Shown piece after piece: positions 62,799-64,000 of a DNA stretch of 64,000 bases. This DNA is from Eledone cirrhosa (Eukaryota). Made by a program: the position numbers and the translations under genes. The notes under the pieces are model-generated. The model was given only the letters and a program-made list of their open reading frames with translations, did not search any database and had not been told where the DNA came from. Each line of letters begins with the position of its first letter. Position 1 is the first letter of the stretch. The stretch lies in assembly GCA_964016885.1 (NCBI GenBank), contig OZ024740.1, positions 26,040,001-26,104,000 on the forward strand, in the 5' to 3' direction.

Positions 62799-62801
62799 AA
62801 C

Positions 62802-62858
<57 letters not shown>

Positions 62859-62863
62859 GTTAT

Positions 62864-64000
62864 TCCTTGAATCTCAGTCATTGATGTTGGTTAACTGGAA
62901 AGTCCGTTGGATTGAATACCAAGCCACTACCTGCAGCCTCAGATATTCAGGACGTATCGGAGGGTTCTTGCTGTTCCAAGCAAGCATGCCTTTTGAAGCG
63001 TTCCAAAAAGCGTGAAGGGGCCGATTTTCTTTAACCATCCCTGGAAACTTTTGGAGATAGTCCCCAGTGCGCCTAAGACAATCGGGATCACTTTGACTTC
63101 ATGGCAGTTCCAAATCCTTTTCACCTCCCACTTTAGGTCCTGGTATCGGTTAATTTTCTCCCTCTCCTTCTCTTGCACTCTCGTGTCGAACGGGCAGGCC
63201 ACATCCACAATCAGGCACGATCTTTTTTCTTTGTCCACAACCGCCAGGTCAGGTCTATTGTGTTCCAGTTTTTTGTCCGTCTTTATCCTAAAATCCCACA
63301 GCACCTTCACCTGATTGTTCTCCATCACCGCCTCTGGCCTATGCTCATACCATTTCTCAGAATGTGGTAGATTGTTTACTTTGCACAGGTGCCAGTGGAT
63401 CACCCTGCCCATCACATCGTGTCTCCAGCCCTTATAGTGGGTCTGGGCTAGGTGTTTACACTCGGACGCAATGTGAGCCACAGTCTCCTCTCTCTCTCCA
63501 CAGATCCTGCACAGTGGGCTAGCCTCCTCCTTGTAGATATGGTGCTTCAACCACTTCGTTTTGAGGGCCTGCTCCTGCGCAGCCATTAGCATTCCTTCTG
63601 TAGCCTTTTTGAGGTCTCCTCTTCTCAACCAGTTCCATGTCTGTGGATCTCTAAATTCAGTTTTCTCAAAGAAGGTACTATGAAGGGATTTTCCCTTAAG
63701 GTTGCTCTTCCTCCTTGATGTTATTTCCTCCCTGGACATCCCCTGGCCTACTGTCCCCTCCTTCAGTACAGTTCTGAGCATTGGCTCCTTACTATAGGTC
63801 ACGTATTTGTATAGGTTGTTTTTCTCCATCTGAACACAGTCCTCTATGCTGATAAGACCTCTTCCACCCTCAGATCTCCTTAGGTAGAGTCTATCGACAT
63901 CACTCCTCTTGTGGAACATGTTGTAGATAGTCAATAGCTTCCTAGTCTTCCTATCCATTTCTTTTTGTTCAGCAACATTCCATCTCAGAATTCCCGCACT
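62864..64000 (-). mobile_element. 3' part of a further R4/Dong-like LINE copy (continues beyond the window; ORF open to stop at 62939)
   Basis: 339-aa open C-terminal ORF; same 3' UTR and (TAA)n tail. Confidence 0.93.

Overview
Eukaryotic, AT-rich, microsatellite-dense DNA; the SINE repertoire suggests an octopod cephalopod (inference from recall, not verified). No intact host gene is evident, and most short ORFs in the track are microsatellite translations. Content: (1) a near-complete Penelope-like element (PLE; RT + C-terminal GIY-YIG, Naiad-like) in (TA)n with a ~890-bp inverted arm, its ORF interrupted in-frame by a SINE; (2) two further truncated PLEs; (3) R4/Dong-like RLE LINEs targeted to (TAA)n: one intact 1130-aa copy, three related partial or broken copies and one older relic; (4) more than 10 tRNA-derived SINE copies, one with its 5' head amplified ~35-fold inside a single TSD; (5) a piggyBac-type MITE and several satellites. 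The most notable signal is a set of about 10 mutually dissimilar, non-coding, fold-back elements embedded in (TA)n. Most carry hammerhead-ribozyme-like motifs (several with a CCGA core or very long stem II), and two show circularly permuted ~520-565-nt monomers. They look like retrozyme-like RNAs mobilised by PLEs. All structures were folded by eye and need computational and experimental confirmation.
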